Positions 48,480 to 58,232 are shown, counted from the stretch's first letter. The stretch: DNA of 64,000 bases from an uncultured candidate division Zixibacteria bacterium (GCA_963668625.2 CAXXKA010000001.1:96001-160000); one strand, 5' to 3'. Program-made: numbers and translations. Notes: generated by a model not told the origin, from the sequence alone.

Positions 48480-50186
48480 TTATTCGCAATTTGGCCAACC
48501 GGTCGGAGGCAATGCCGGTCTATCCTCCGGTAAGATCCAGGCCGGTTCATAATCCGGGCAATAGTCAAGCCCATTTAATCCCCTGAAATAATTCACTAAA
48601 GCCGTTACATCCCCGCCTAGAATCCGGCAGTCACCATTGATATCGGCCGAACACCAGAATCCCTGCAATAAGCAAGATGTGCTGGTGGGCAAACCTCTGA
48701 AATAATTTACGAGATAGATAACATCACTACCGAATACGGAGGGAGGCCATGCCCCTACCGCCATATTAACATCACCGGGAAAATATTCAAATCTAAATCC
48801 GCAACCTGTGCCATAGGCGCCGATATCGCCACCTCCGGAACCTGTGCCGATACAGCATGAGCTTGCAGCAAGATAAAAGTTGCCGGTATCAGGCCAACAC
48901 AGTTGGGGATCACAGGAGATATTACCATCCTGGCCGGTTAAATCCGGGAAATCGCAATAGTTGTCGCTTTCGTTATCGTATACATCACAATACGAAATAT
49001 CGTAGTTCGGATCACTTTCATAGTTGTATTTGATACCACAGCCATCGTTTCCGGCAATTATGGTATTGGTAACGATAAAGTACCCGTTGTCATCAAAATG
49101 AAGGACATTAATTCCGGTGCTATGATTGCCGTAAATCGTAGATTGTGATATATTAAGTCTGCCTCCGCTAGCTGGATAGTATTCAATCGGGCTGTGATTA
49201 TCATAGTATAAGCAGTCATTCATTCTCAATATTGGCCACCAATTAGTTGCGTAAATACCCCCCGCATTTCCATATATTCGGCAGTTATTTATCTCCAGCG
49301 TTCCCTCAGTACCGATATAAGCAACCCGGTCTGTACAATTTCTGATGATACTATTGTTGATTTCTGCACGGCAGGGGCCTGAGATCGAGAATACCAATCC
49401 TACAATGTTTTCTATCAGGCAATTGGAAATATAATATTCAATACCTATGCTAAATCCGCCGCCACCTGCTATATATGAGTTAGAGATAGTGAATCCACCT
49501 GTTAACGCGCAATTATTATTAGTGAAATCACAACTGTCGATTTTGCAATGCAAAGGCCAATCGACACGGGAATATACACCGGTTCCATTACTATCAAATG
49601 TGCATCCATTCGCGAGGAAGTTATAGATAGATTCCGCCAGACTAATACCGGTTGAGTTGTTTCGAAACAAGCAATTTCTTATTGTTGTAGGGCAACCAGA
49701 TTCAATGTCCACCCTAACGCCTTCTGCGTTATTGATAAATTCACAATCTCTAATTATAGGACCGGCCGCTATATATGCCCGTATACCCTGCGAAGTATTC
49801 GAGATAAGTTTGAGATTAACGAGTTTCGGGGAAGCATAGAATAGCCATATTCCTTCCTCGGCATTGGTTATGGTGAATCCTTCAATGATAGTTGTAGAAT
49901 CTTCATCCGTATCATCTAGATTAAAACCTTTTACACTTCCTGCTTGGCCATCTATTATGGCTAGACTATCACCCTTAACAAGAATAGCCTTTCCGTTCGT
50001 CGCCAGGTTTACATTTCCAACCCCGGTGTAGGTACCGGATGCAACCAATACGGTATCGCCATCACTGGAGGCATCAATACCGGCTTGTATTGTTGCATAT
50101 TCATTCGGCACATTGATTATAGTCGCTGGAACAGGTAAACATGAAATAACTGTAATAGCTACCGTAAAAATGAGTATTGATCTCAT
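48480..50186 (-). CDS. Secreted right-handed beta-helix protein with C-terminal dockerin-like domain
   Basis: INVP.EYATIQAGID...GDTVLV..GTY, parallel beta-helix repeats, GNIS.DP, GDVN...DV.YLVNYFRG / ADINGDC...DV..LVNYFRG. Confidence 0.85.
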   Translation of the reverse strand: MRSILIFTVAITVISCLPVPATIINVPNEYATIQAGIDASSDGDTVLVASGTYTGVGNVNLATNGKAILVKGDSLAIIDGQAGSVKGFNLDDTDEDSTTIIEGFTITNAEEGIWLFYASPKLVNLKLISNTSQGIRAYIAAGPIIRDCEFINNAEGVRVDIESGCPTTIRNCLFRNNSTGISLAESIYNFLANGCTFDSNGTGVYSRVDWPLHCKIDSCDFTNNNCALTGGFTISNSYIAGGGGFSIGIEYYISNCLIENIVGLVFSISGPCRAEINNSIIRNCTDRVAYIGTEGTLEINNCRIYGNAGGIYATNWWPILRMNDCLYYDNHSPIEYYPASGGRLNISQSTIYGNHSTGINVLHFDDNGYFIVTNTIIAGNDGCGIKYNYESDPNYDISYCDVYDNESDNYCDFPDLTGQDGNISCDPQLCWPDTGNFYLAASSCCIGTGSGGGDIGAYGTGCGFRFEYFPGDVNMAVGAWPPSVFGSDVIYLVNYFRGLPTSTSCLLQGFWCSADINGDCRILGGDVTALVNYFRGLNGLDYCPDYEPAWILPEDRPALPPTGWPNCE

Positions 50187-50398
50187 AATTAACCCCTTGT
50201 TTATGTGTTATATTTTCCTTTGGTGTTAAATATAATGTACTTGCCGGAAATATACCATCGATAGCTTCAGAGTCAACTAAAAAGTATGAAAGTCGTTTTT
50301 TTTTCTTGTTGACAATTATCTGGCTGTATCTTGGATATAATTGATTATTGCCAACGGGCGATATTTTTGGCAACTCGCTAAGTATTCATGATCAATTA

Positions 50399-51835
50399 TT
50401 ACTTATCCTCGGCTCCGGTCACGCTGTTAAACAGGTTTACGAAACTTAATCCGAATCCCCAATAGGTAGTTGGTTTCGAATCTAGGGGGAGAACCCAGCC
50501 GGCGTTTATCTGCAATTTGTTATCGAATAGCGAAAATACCGGGCCAACGGCCAGATCAAGATCATCGGAGTTGAATTCCGGGAATGTTGCATTAATTCCA
50601 ATCCCGGGTCTGATTAAATTGAGAAAGCCGTTTCGAGACCTCAATCTCCAACCGAATGTGGTTCCGGAGGCGAATTCGAATTTAGTCGCGACTGTGCCAT
50701 CGGGTGATTTATCCCTATCCATCAGTATGAACGAATCGGAGAACCTGGCTCGCCAGCCGAAATCTTCCACCTCAAGCAATATAATCATCTTGCGATTGGA
50801 AACATCATCACCGATACCATTCTGAATAGTAATCTCGACTTTCTCGCCAGGTTGTACGCCGGTAGGGGAAAGGAATATATCCGTTTCGCGTAAACCACCT
50901 CGGAGATCCTGTTCGATGTTATATTCGAATCGGCTTATTTTTTTCTGTGTTTCGGTTAATGATATCGAATCGCTGTTGGAATATATGCCTTCCTTGTACA
51001 AATCATCAGGTAAAATATCCGATAAGAATTCCAGGTTGGTTTGTATGTATTTATAATATTTTATTGCTTTGCTCGGATCCTGCATGTTCTGTTTTAGCTC
51101 TTGCAACCATTTGTTCTCTATGCAATTAGCGTAATCGACAATCAAATCAGGATCAACATATTTATCGATAAGCGAAAGATTCCTGCATAACACCTTAAGT
51201 ACATGTTGATACGTTGGCGAGGTAATCTTTTCCAACAGGACAGTTATTTTGGATTGATTGTTCACTATATCAATTATATCCATACTGGAAATCTGGCTCA
51301 CATCTTTATAAAAATAACTCAGGTAAGTTTCCTGCAATTGCTGGAAAATAGCTTTAATCTCCCAGTAATTACTTATTTTTGCGGTTGATGTCTTTTTAAC
51401 TTTACCAAATTCCGTATAACCCGGTACCTCGATCTCTCTTGATTCATCTTTGCTGATTATTTTGGCGGTAATCAGTATATCCGCCTCGAAATTAGCTTTG
51501 CTGGAGCTTCTGATGCTATTCTCAATCCAATCCCGGTCGAATTTTATCAGAATACGACTATTTTTATCGACTACCGGATTGGATTTAATTATCGGCGTTC
51601 TTACATTATTGATTATTTTATGATATAGTATATCCTGTTTGGGAGCGATGTAATCGCCATCATTGGCATATTCCGACATCATCATAAAATATTTAGGGTG
51701 ATAGATATCGTATTCCGAATAGGCCGGTTCGACTGCGATTGAAAGTATAACTATGATTAGAAATAGCTGGAGTAGATTAGTGAAATCTGTCGTTGAGGGA
51801 AGAGTGAATTTGATTGATGTTTTTGAGATTAACAT
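50399..51835 (-). CDS. Hypothetical exported protein with C-terminal amphipathic beta-strands
   Basis: 478-aa ORF with AAGGAG SD, N-terminal hydrophobic segment, AT-rich. Confidence 0.7.
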   Translation of the reverse strand: MLISKTSIKFTLPSTTDFTNLLQLFLIIVILSIAVEPAYSEYDIYHPKYFMMMSEYANDGDYIAPKQDILYHKIINNVRTPIIKSNPVVDKNSRILIKFDRDWIENSIRSSSKANFEADILITAKIISKDESREIEVPGYTEFGKVKKTSTAKISNYWEIKAIFQQLQETYLSYFYKDVSQISSMDIIDIVNNQSKITVLLEKITSPTYQHVLKVLCRNLSLIDKYVDPDLIVDYANCIENKWLQELKQNMQDPSKAIKYYKYIQTNLEFLSDILPDDLYKEGIYSNSDSISLTETQKKISRFEYNIEQDLRGGLRETDIFLSPTGVQPGEKVEITIQNGIGDDVSNRKMIILLEVEDFGWRARFSDSFILMDRDKSPDGTVATKFEFASGTTFGWRLRSRNGFLNLIRPGIGINATFPEFNSDDLDLAVGPVFSLFDNKLQINAGWVLPLDSKPTTYWGFGLSFVNLFNSVTGAEDK

Positions 51836-52020
51836 TGATTACTCCTTGGTTTTATAGTTAATATATTTTGATTTAGAACTCTTTATTATTGACCAAAAAC
51901 ATTATAGATATATCTAGCCGTATAATCAAGGGGAAATAGGATGTTAATAGAATAATTCTCTTTGCATTTTAATTTACGATTATTATTATCATCACAAGCT
52001 TAAAAAATAACGGAGGAGTA

Positions 52021-52908
52021 ATGCCTAAAGTCAAAGATAACATGCAGATCGGCCCCATGATCTGGAAGATGAGAATTGAGGTTCCAAAGCTCGTTAAAAA
52101 AGCTCAGGCCGGTCAGTTCGTTATAATACGAGTCAACGAGGAAGGCGAACGCGTGCCGATGTCTATTGCCGGACTCGATAAAGAAAACGATCTTCTGACC
52201 GTGATTTACCAGGTGGTCGGTAAAACCTCGGCTACCATGACCGCTGTTCCAGCCGGTGGAGATATCCTTGATTGTGTCGGGCCGTTGGGTGTGCCATCCC
52301 ATGTTGATAACTGGGGAACCGCCTGCGTGGTTGGCGGCGGTATTGGTATCGCCCCGATTTACCCGATTGCTCAGGCTTACAAAGCTGCGGGCAACAAGGT
52401 GATCACGATAGTCGGCGCCAGGAGCAAAGATATTCTTTTCTACGAAGATGAACATAAAGCGATTGCCGATGAACTTCACGTCTGCACCGATGACGGCTCG
52501 GCCGGACATCATGGTTTTGTCTCGGATGTATTGAAAAAGCTTTTAGATGATCAAGTCGGTATCAAGATGATTATGGCTATCGGACCTGTCCCCATGATGA
52601 GGGTGGTGGCCAATCTCACCGAACCTTACGGCGTGCCAACCTGGGTTTCGCTTAACCCGCTTATGGTTGACGGCACCGGTATGTGCGGTGGATGCCGCGT
52701 ATCGCTCAAAGGCGAAACCAAGTTCGCCTGCGTTGACGGCCCCGATTTCGACGGTCACCTGGTCGACTTCGACCTTCTGACAAAACGCCTGGGTTCGTAT
52801 AAAGACCAGGAGAGAAAAGCTATGCATCGATTCTTAGCCGAACCCGGCTGCAAGCTGGCCAACTCCGTCAAGGAGTTCAGGTATCCGGATGAGACTAAGA
52901 AAGGCTAA
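52021..52908 (+). CDS. nfnA: NfnA/SudB-type flavoprotein (electron-bifurcating transhydrogenase small subunit)
   Basis: AGQFVI.R, GERVPMSI, VGPLG, GGGIG.AP, M.DGTGMCGGCRV, KFACVDGPDFDG. Confidence 0.85.
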   Translation: MPKVKDNMQIGPMIWKMRIEVPKLVKKAQAGQFVIIRVNEEGERVPMSIAGLDKENDLLTVIYQVVGKTSATMTAVPAGGDILDCVGPLGVPSHVDNWGTACVVGGGIGIAPIYPIAQAYKAAGNKVITIVGARSKDILFYEDEHKAIADELHVCTDDGSAGHHGFVSDVLKKLLDDQVGIKMIMAIGPVPMMRVVANLTEPYGVPTWVSLNPLMVDGTGMCGGCRVSLKGETKFACVDGPDFDGHLVDFDLLTKRLGSYKDQERKAMHRFLAEPGCKLANSVKEFRYPDETKKG

Positions 52909-52937
52909 GACAATAATCCATGTTTGGGAGATAAATC

Positions 52938-54368
52938 GTGGCAGAAAAATTAACTAAAAAAGAGAGAATGGCAATTCCCCGGCAAGCGATGCCGGAGCAG
53001 GAACCAGATGTTCGTAAGGCTAATTTCAAGGAAGTTCCCCGTGGATTATCCGAGGAACAGGCGTTAATAGAGGCCTCCAGATGTCTCGAGTGCAAAAAGA
53101 AACCGTGTATTGATGGTTGCCCGGTCGAGGTGGATATTCCGGCTTTTATCGATCTGATAATGCAGAAAGATTACGCGGCCGCCGCCAGAAAGATCAAAGA
53201 GACCAACTCGTTACCGGCTGTTTGTGGCAGAGTATGCCCGCAGGAGGAGCAGTGCGAGAGCACCTGTATCTTGAGCAAGAGCAAAAATAACAGGCCGGTG
53301 GCTATCGGCTATCTCGAAAGATTCGTGGCCGACTACGAGCGTGAGCATAAATTAACTCAATTGCCGAAAATCGCTCCGCCGACAGGCCGCAAGGTCGCTA
53401 TTATCGGCTCGGGGCCCTCGGGTTTGACTGTTGCCGGTGATTTGATTAAGCTGGGTCACGAGGTGACAATATTCGAAGCTCTGCATAAACCCGGCGGTGT
53501 ACTGGTTTATGGTATCCCCGAATTCAGGCTACCGAAGAAGATAGTGCAGTCCGAATGTGATTTTATGGCTGACATGGGTGTGAAATTCCAGAATTCGGTC
53601 GTGGTGGGCAAAACCGACACTATCGATGAACTGTTCGAGGAGGGTTATGATGCCGTGTTTATCGGCACCGGCGCCGGCCTGCCGAGATTCATGAACATAC
53701 CCGGTGAGAACCTTATCGGAATTTACTCCTCCAACGAGTATCTCACCCGTTCGAATCTCATGCGCGCATTCGATTTCCCCACATACGACACGCCGATTAT
53801 CAAAGGTAATAACGTGGCCGTAATCGGCGGCGGTAATACCGCTATGGACTCTGTCAGAACTTCATTGAGGTTAGGCGCGGATAATGCTTATATCATATAT
53901 CGTAGGAGCGAACAAGAGATGCCGGCTCGTATCGAGGAGATACATCACGCCAAACAGGAGGGAGTCGAGTTCCGCCTGTTGACCACGCCGATCCGCTATA
54001 TCGGCGATGACGACGGCAAAGTGAAAGCCATGGAATGCCTGAAGATGGAGCTGGGTGAGCCGGATGCCTCCGGTCGTAGACGTCCCGTACCGATTCAGGG
54101 GTCGGAGTATATCATCGATATTGATCTGGTTGTCGTAGCTATTGGTAACTCCTCCAACCCGTTGGTACAGTCGACTACTCCGGGACTGGATACCAACAAG
54201 TGGGGGAATATCGTTGTTAATGAGGAGACTATGCAAACCTCGCGTAAGGGAGTATATGCCGGAGGTGATATCGTAACCGGTGGCGCTACGGTAATCTTAG
54301 CCGCCGGCGCCGGTAAAGCAGCGGCTCGCGCGATGCATAAATATCTCATGGAAGAAGTTAAGAAATAG
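52938..54368 (+). CDS. nfnB: NfnB/SudA-type GltD-like oxidoreductase (large subunit)
   Basis: EASRCLEC...CIDGCPV, CGRVCPQE.QCE..C, GSGPSG, YGIPEFRLPK, GGGNTAMD, YRRS, AGGDIVTG. Confidence 0.85.
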   Translation: MAEKLTKKERMAIPRQAMPEQEPDVRKANFKEVPRGLSEEQALIEASRCLECKKKPCIDGCPVEVDIPAFIDLIMQKDYAAAARKIKETNSLPAVCGRVCPQEEQCESTCILSKSKNNRPVAIGYLERFVADYEREHKLTQLPKIAPPTGRKVAIIGSGPSGLTVAGDLIKLGHEVTIFEALHKPGGVLVYGIPEFRLPKKIVQSECDFMADMGVKFQNSVVVGKTDTIDELFEEGYDAVFIGTGAGLPRFMNIPGENLIGIYSSNEYLTRSNLMRAFDFPTYDTPIIKGNNVAVIGGGNTAMDSVRTSLRLGADNAYIIYRRSEQEMPARIEEIHHAKQEGVEFRLLTTPIRYIGDDDGKVKAMECLKMELGEPDASGRRRPVPIQGSEYIIDIDLVVVAIGNSSNPLVQSTTPGLDTNKWGNIVVNEETMQTSRKGVYAGGDIVTGGATVILAAGAGKAAARAMHKYLMEEVKK

Positions 54369-54400
54369 AGATTTATATTTAGCAGATGATACTTTTAATT

Positions 54401-54428
54401 GTAGGGGCGTTCGATCGAACGCCCCTAT
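54401..54428. repeat. Perfect 26-bp palindrome, GTAG-type REP-like; may act as bidirectional terminator
   Basis: g-TAGGGGCGTTCGA|TCGAACGCCCCTA-t between convergent genes. Confidence 0.65.
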
Positions 54429-54485
54429 CTTTATTAACTGTTTCTATATTTTTTTAATACTCGATTCAGAATCCCTCGATTTATG

Positions 54486-55316
54486 CTATCTTACGAGTGG
54501 CGAGAAATACTTCTTTTCGGAACACCTTAAAATTTTATTCGCGGCCGCGACGGCAGTTGTTGCGGTAAACCAGGCCGTATACTCTGTTCCGCATGAGGAT
54601 GTATCGCCGTTATCCGGACCTACCCACATCCAGTAAGTTCCCGCTTGCACTTGAGCTTCCAGAGTTAAAGTATCATAGGCAACAGAGAAAGTATCAATAA
54701 GGGCAAGACTATCAGCACATCCATCTCTGCCATCTATAATAAATAGCAAGGGATTGAACTCGGCGTAAACTGTCCATGTCAATACCTCATCTCCTGTAGC
54801 CTCGTACTCGTACCAATCCGTATCGCGATAATTTAGGGTATCCTGAAACATGTAATGACCGGATTTGCCATGGATTTCCACATCGTTATTAATAGCCTGA
54901 AAAACTTCCGGCGTAGAGTTGCAGCCGCCGTTATAGGAGTCATCATAATCATCGTAACAATCAGGTTCGCCCTCGACAATAAAAGCTAATTCGAAATTAG
55001 CTGTCAGGGTGATATCGTTACGCCCGAAATAAAGCTCGATTTCATCCAGGTACTCGGAGCCCGATTCGAATACGATATCATCGCTCTCCCAGTAAGCGAA
55101 TTCGTAGCCCTCGGATGGTATGGCCGAAAGATATATGGTATCGTCAGGAATATAACAATCATCTATGGGATCGATTTCAACCGTACCCTGACCGATAACA
55201 TCGACATCTAATTCCAGGCATATCGGATTAGATGAACTATCGCTGTTGCAACCGATAGAAACGAAAAAGCCCACGAGAATAGCAGGGAATACGAATTTTG
55301 CGAAATTAAAATGCAA
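54486..55316 (-). CDS. Predicted lipoprotein with InlB B-repeat-like domain
   Basis: AGGAGGAGG SD then TTG 55316; SIGC lipobox; G.G.V...P...Y..D..I.L.A.P..GY.F..W. Confidence 0.7.
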   Translation of the reverse strand: MHFNFAKFVFPAILVGFFVSIGCNSDSSSNPICLELDVDVIGQGTVEIDPIDDCYIPDDTIYLSAIPSEGYEFAYWESDDIVFESGSEYLDEIELYFGRNDITLTANFELAFIVEGEPDCYDDYDDSYNGGCNSTPEVFQAINNDVEIHGKSGHYMFQDTLNYRDTDWYEYEATGDEVLTWTVYAEFNPLLFIIDGRDGCADSLALIDTFSVAYDTLTLEAQVQAGTYWMWVGPDNGDTSSCGTEYTAWFTATTAVAAANKILRCSEKKYFSPLVR

Positions 55317-55540
55317 TTTTCCTCCTCCTTTTGATTTTAATAACATTATCGGGAAAATGTTAGGTTAATATTAATCGAAAGTTGCTGCAGAACGCAAATG
55401 ACTTTTTTCATTTTATTATTGATGCTTTCAGCATTATTCATTATATTATATGCAGTTGCTTCGTTTTTGCTGGAGGCATATGATATTTAGCTAGCATTCA
55501 GTAAGTTATACTTCGCAAATACATTTTTTGGAGGAGAGAA

Positions 55541-56275
55541 ATGGCAAAGCGTATTTTTTTAACTTACGGCTTGATTATTGCCGTTTTGGTTTTAATTGTT
55601 CCACTTAGCGCCCAAACCCCGGATACCTGTGATTTCATGATCTCGCTTGATTCTGCTGTTTATGAATTGGATGATTCGCTCGTGGCGCTAAATATTAGTT
55701 TCACGGGAGATTGCTACGCCGGGGGAATGCAGTATAAGATTTCCACCTCACCGGAGGGTGTGATTATTCCTTTCGATATTGACTTTACCGGTACCATCAT
55801 CGAGGGCTGGGAAGTCCTGAGATCAAACCAGAGTCCTGATTCGACCGAGCTCAAGTTTTTGGGGATAGTTAATATGCCGGGCGGTGATGATCCCGAGCCG
55901 CTGGCTCCCGGTGAGGGGCATATTGGAACGTTGTTATGTAAATACAGATGTAGTTTCGAGGAAGGGCTCGAGGTAACAGTACGAATCGATTCGGCGCTCG
56001 TGCCCGATGTCACGGGGTATAAGATTTTCCCCGCGGATAATACCAACGGCTTGATCGTTATGGGAGAGGATACCTCTATCAGGGGCGATGCTAATTGTGA
56101 TGGTATGCTTATCGGCGCGGATGTTTCGTATCTGGTAAATTATTTCAGGGCAATGTTACCCTGCCCGTGCACGTTAAAGGCCGGGGATGTCAACAACGAC
56201 GGCATGATTATTGGCAGCGATATTACCTACCTCGTAAACTATTTCCGAGGTATCAATCCGCCGCCGGATGATTGA
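55541..56275 (+). CDS. Secreted cohesin-like + dockerin type I protein
   Basis: Signal peptide; beta-sandwich with LAPGEG.I..L; RGDANCDG...DV.YLVNYF and GDVNNDG...DI.YLVNYF repeats. Confidence 0.75.
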   Translation: MAKRIFLTYGLIIAVLVLIVPLSAQTPDTCDFMISLDSAVYELDDSLVALNISFTGDCYAGGMQYKISTSPEGVIIPFDIDFTGTIIEGWEVLRSNQSPDSTELKFLGIVNMPGGDDPEPLAPGEGHIGTLLCKYRCSFEEGLEVTVRIDSALVPDVTGYKIFPADNTNGLIVMGEDTSIRGDANCDGMLIGADVSYLVNYFRAMLPCPCTLKAGDVNNDGMIIGSDITYLVNYFRGINPPPDD

Positions 56276-56329
56276 ATGATTTCAGCTATTTTCTATCAAC
56301 CTGGAAATAAAACTTATAAACGAATTACT

Positions 56330-57868
56330 CTAAACGATGACCACCAGGTATTGTAAATCACCGGCGCGCTCGATTACGAACAGTACTTTGTAACCTCGTC
56401 CTATTTTTTCGATCGTATTTTTGTAATCATTTAGATTCGCAATCTTATTGCGGTTAATTCGCCTGATAATATCGCCCTGCTGAAGCTCCCAGTTGGCAGA
56501 GACCGAATTATCCTCCCAACCTGCCACCATCACGCCCTGGTTATCTTTCAGGTTATATGTGCTGGCCAATTTCTTGGTTATGGATGCTACATGAAGACCG
56601 AAGCGATCGACTATCGAGGGGGCTTTCTCCAGCGGCAGTTCCTCGGGAACTATCTCTATACTCAGCGTATCCGAACCCCGAATGACCGCCAGATCGAGCT
56701 GTTCGCCCACTCTGGCGTAATTGATTATCTCATCCCAGTCGGACTGCTTGATTATTTCCTCGCTGTTAGCCTTGATTATAACATCACCCTGAGTAATACC
56801 GGAATTTTTTGCCGGCGAGTACTCATCAACGGAGGCGACGATAAGGCCGTTATTCACGTTCAATCCCAATCCCTGAGCAACAACCGGCGTGATACGCGCC
56901 GCCCGCAAACCAACCCAGGCTCGTATAACTTTGCCCGAGCTTATCAAATCACTGATTATCACCTTGGCGCGATTGACAGGTATGGCAAAACCGATACCCT
57001 CGGAACCCCTGCTTGAGGTAAATATGAATGAATTTATCCCGATTACATCACCTTTTGAATTAACCAGCGCTCCACCGGAATTCCCGGGGTTGATCGCAGC
57101 ATCGGTCTGGATCATGTTACGGTAAATCTGGCGTTGTCCTTCCTCGGATTTGATATCGCGATTGACCGCCGAGATCACTCCCACGGTGACAGTTGGCTTG
57201 GTATCATCGAGGAGATACCCGAATGGATTACCGATCGCGATAGCCCATTCTCCAGTCATGAGGTCATCCGAATTTCCCAGTATGGCGTAAGGGAAGTCCA
57301 CGTTGTCTGATATGATTTTCAACACTGCCAGATCGGAGGACTCATCTCCGCCGACAAGGTTTGCCTGGTACTGTTCGCCATTAGTCAGGGTTACCGTTAT
57401 TTGCTCGGCGCCTGAAACCACATGTTCGTTGGTTAGCACATAGCCCTCGGGATTTATAATTATGCCCGAGCCCAGCGAGTGAACCTGTTTTCTGTACTGA
57501 CGGGGGCCATACAGGAAGAACTCCCAGAAATCAGCTCCGAGGCCGGGGTGGTTTTGACGGTAGACTTGAGTCCAGGTTACTGAAATCGATACAACCGCAG
57601 GGCCAACTCTTTCAGCGGCAACGACTATCGCGTTTCGTCGGGATTCTAAAATACCCGTGCCATAGTAGGTTTCCTGAGCGGTCTGGTTAACAGGTAGGAT
57701 AGTAGTCGGTGATATACCGCTGTTTATATTGCCATCGCTTTTATTAGTGGCGATGCCTATGTTTTTTCCGGGATTAAATGCTTTTAACAAAAAATAGGAT
57801 GTCGCAGTACCCAGTACGGCACCTATAAGAACTAAGGCTATTACTCCGATTAACTTAGATGTTCTCAT
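56330..57868 (-). CDS. HtrA/DegP family serine protease with two PDZ domains
   Basis: N-terminal TM, GSGII, TNEHV, DLAVLK, QTDAAINPGNSGG. Confidence 0.93.
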   Translation of the reverse strand: MRTSKLIGVIALVLIGAVLGTATSYFLLKAFNPGKNIGIATNKSDGNINSGISPTTILPVNQTAQETYYGTGILESRRNAIVVAAERVGPAVVSISVTWTQVYRQNHPGLGADFWEFFLYGPRQYRKQVHSLGSGIIINPEGYVLTNEHVVSGAEQITVTLTNGEQYQANLVGGDESSDLAVLKIISDNVDFPYAILGNSDDLMTGEWAIAIGNPFGYLLDDTKPTVTVGVISAVNRDIKSEEGQRQIYRNMIQTDAAINPGNSGGALVNSKGDVIGINSFIFTSSRGSEGIGFAIPVNRAKVIISDLISSGKVIRAWVGLRAARITPVVAQGLGLNVNNGLIVASVDEYSPAKNSGITQGDVIIKANSEEIIKQSDWDEIINYARVGEQLDLAVIRGSDTLSIEIVPEELPLEKAPSIVDRFGLHVASITKKLASTYNLKDNQGVMVAGWEDNSVSANWELQQGDIIRRINRNKIANLNDYKNTIEKIGRGYKVLFVIERAGDLQYLVVIV

Positions 57869-57899
57869 AATTTCATCCTTTCTAATCTATCGGATAATT

Positions 57900-57928
57900 A
57901 TACTAAGAGGTAAGCGCAAAAGTTGCAA
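57900..57928 (-). promoter_or_regulatory. Putative sigma70 promoter of the htrA-like gene
   Basis: Minus strand TTGCAA-17 nt-TAGTAT. Confidence 0.45.
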
Positions 57929-57962
57929 TCACTATTATATGCTTATTTCAGGACTTTTATAA

Positions 57963-57991
57963 TTGAAACAGAGCCTTAAATATGGTAGTTT
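57963..57991 (+). promoter_or_regulatory. Putative sigma70 promoter of the sel operon
   Basis: TTGAAA-17 nt-TAGTTT with extended TGn. Confidence 0.55.
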
Positions 57992-58036
57992 TCAACTTAT
58001 ACTGGAATGTATTGGTCCTGCTCGATACCAAGCGCT

Positions 58037-58183
58037 GGGATTGTTGAAAAAGCCCTTGTTGGATGGACGAGGTGTTAGGAATCCTTTCCTGACACCTGAT
58101 TTCATGCGATATGTCGCGGGAAAGGATGAACAATGGACTTCGTCCGCCCAGCGGCGCATGAGAAAGATTTTTTCAACAACCCC
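58037..58183. mobile_element. 147-bp MITE-like element
   Basis: TIRs GGGATTGTTGAAAAA / TTTTTCAACAACCCC (14/15), flanking GCT direct repeats, extensive internal pairing. Confidence 0.7.
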
Positions 58184-58232
58184 GCTGCTTGGTATCGCCG
58201 AAGGAATGGCTAAAAAATATTTTGAGGAAGAA

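Noticed and set aside
50309-50341. TTGACA...TATAAT consensus boxes
   Set aside because: 21-nt spacer is too long and orientation is antisense to both neighbours
57990-58230. tRNA-Sec (selC) or 6S RNA upstream of selD
   Set aside because: No cloverleaf or UCA anticodon arm; TIRs plus target duplication fit a MITE better than 6S, though Rfam was not run
57963-58232. N-terminal 90 codons of track ORF 57963..58283 and antisense ORF 57992..58258
   Set aside because: They read through the promoter and MITE; SelD similarity and an SD begin at ATG 58233
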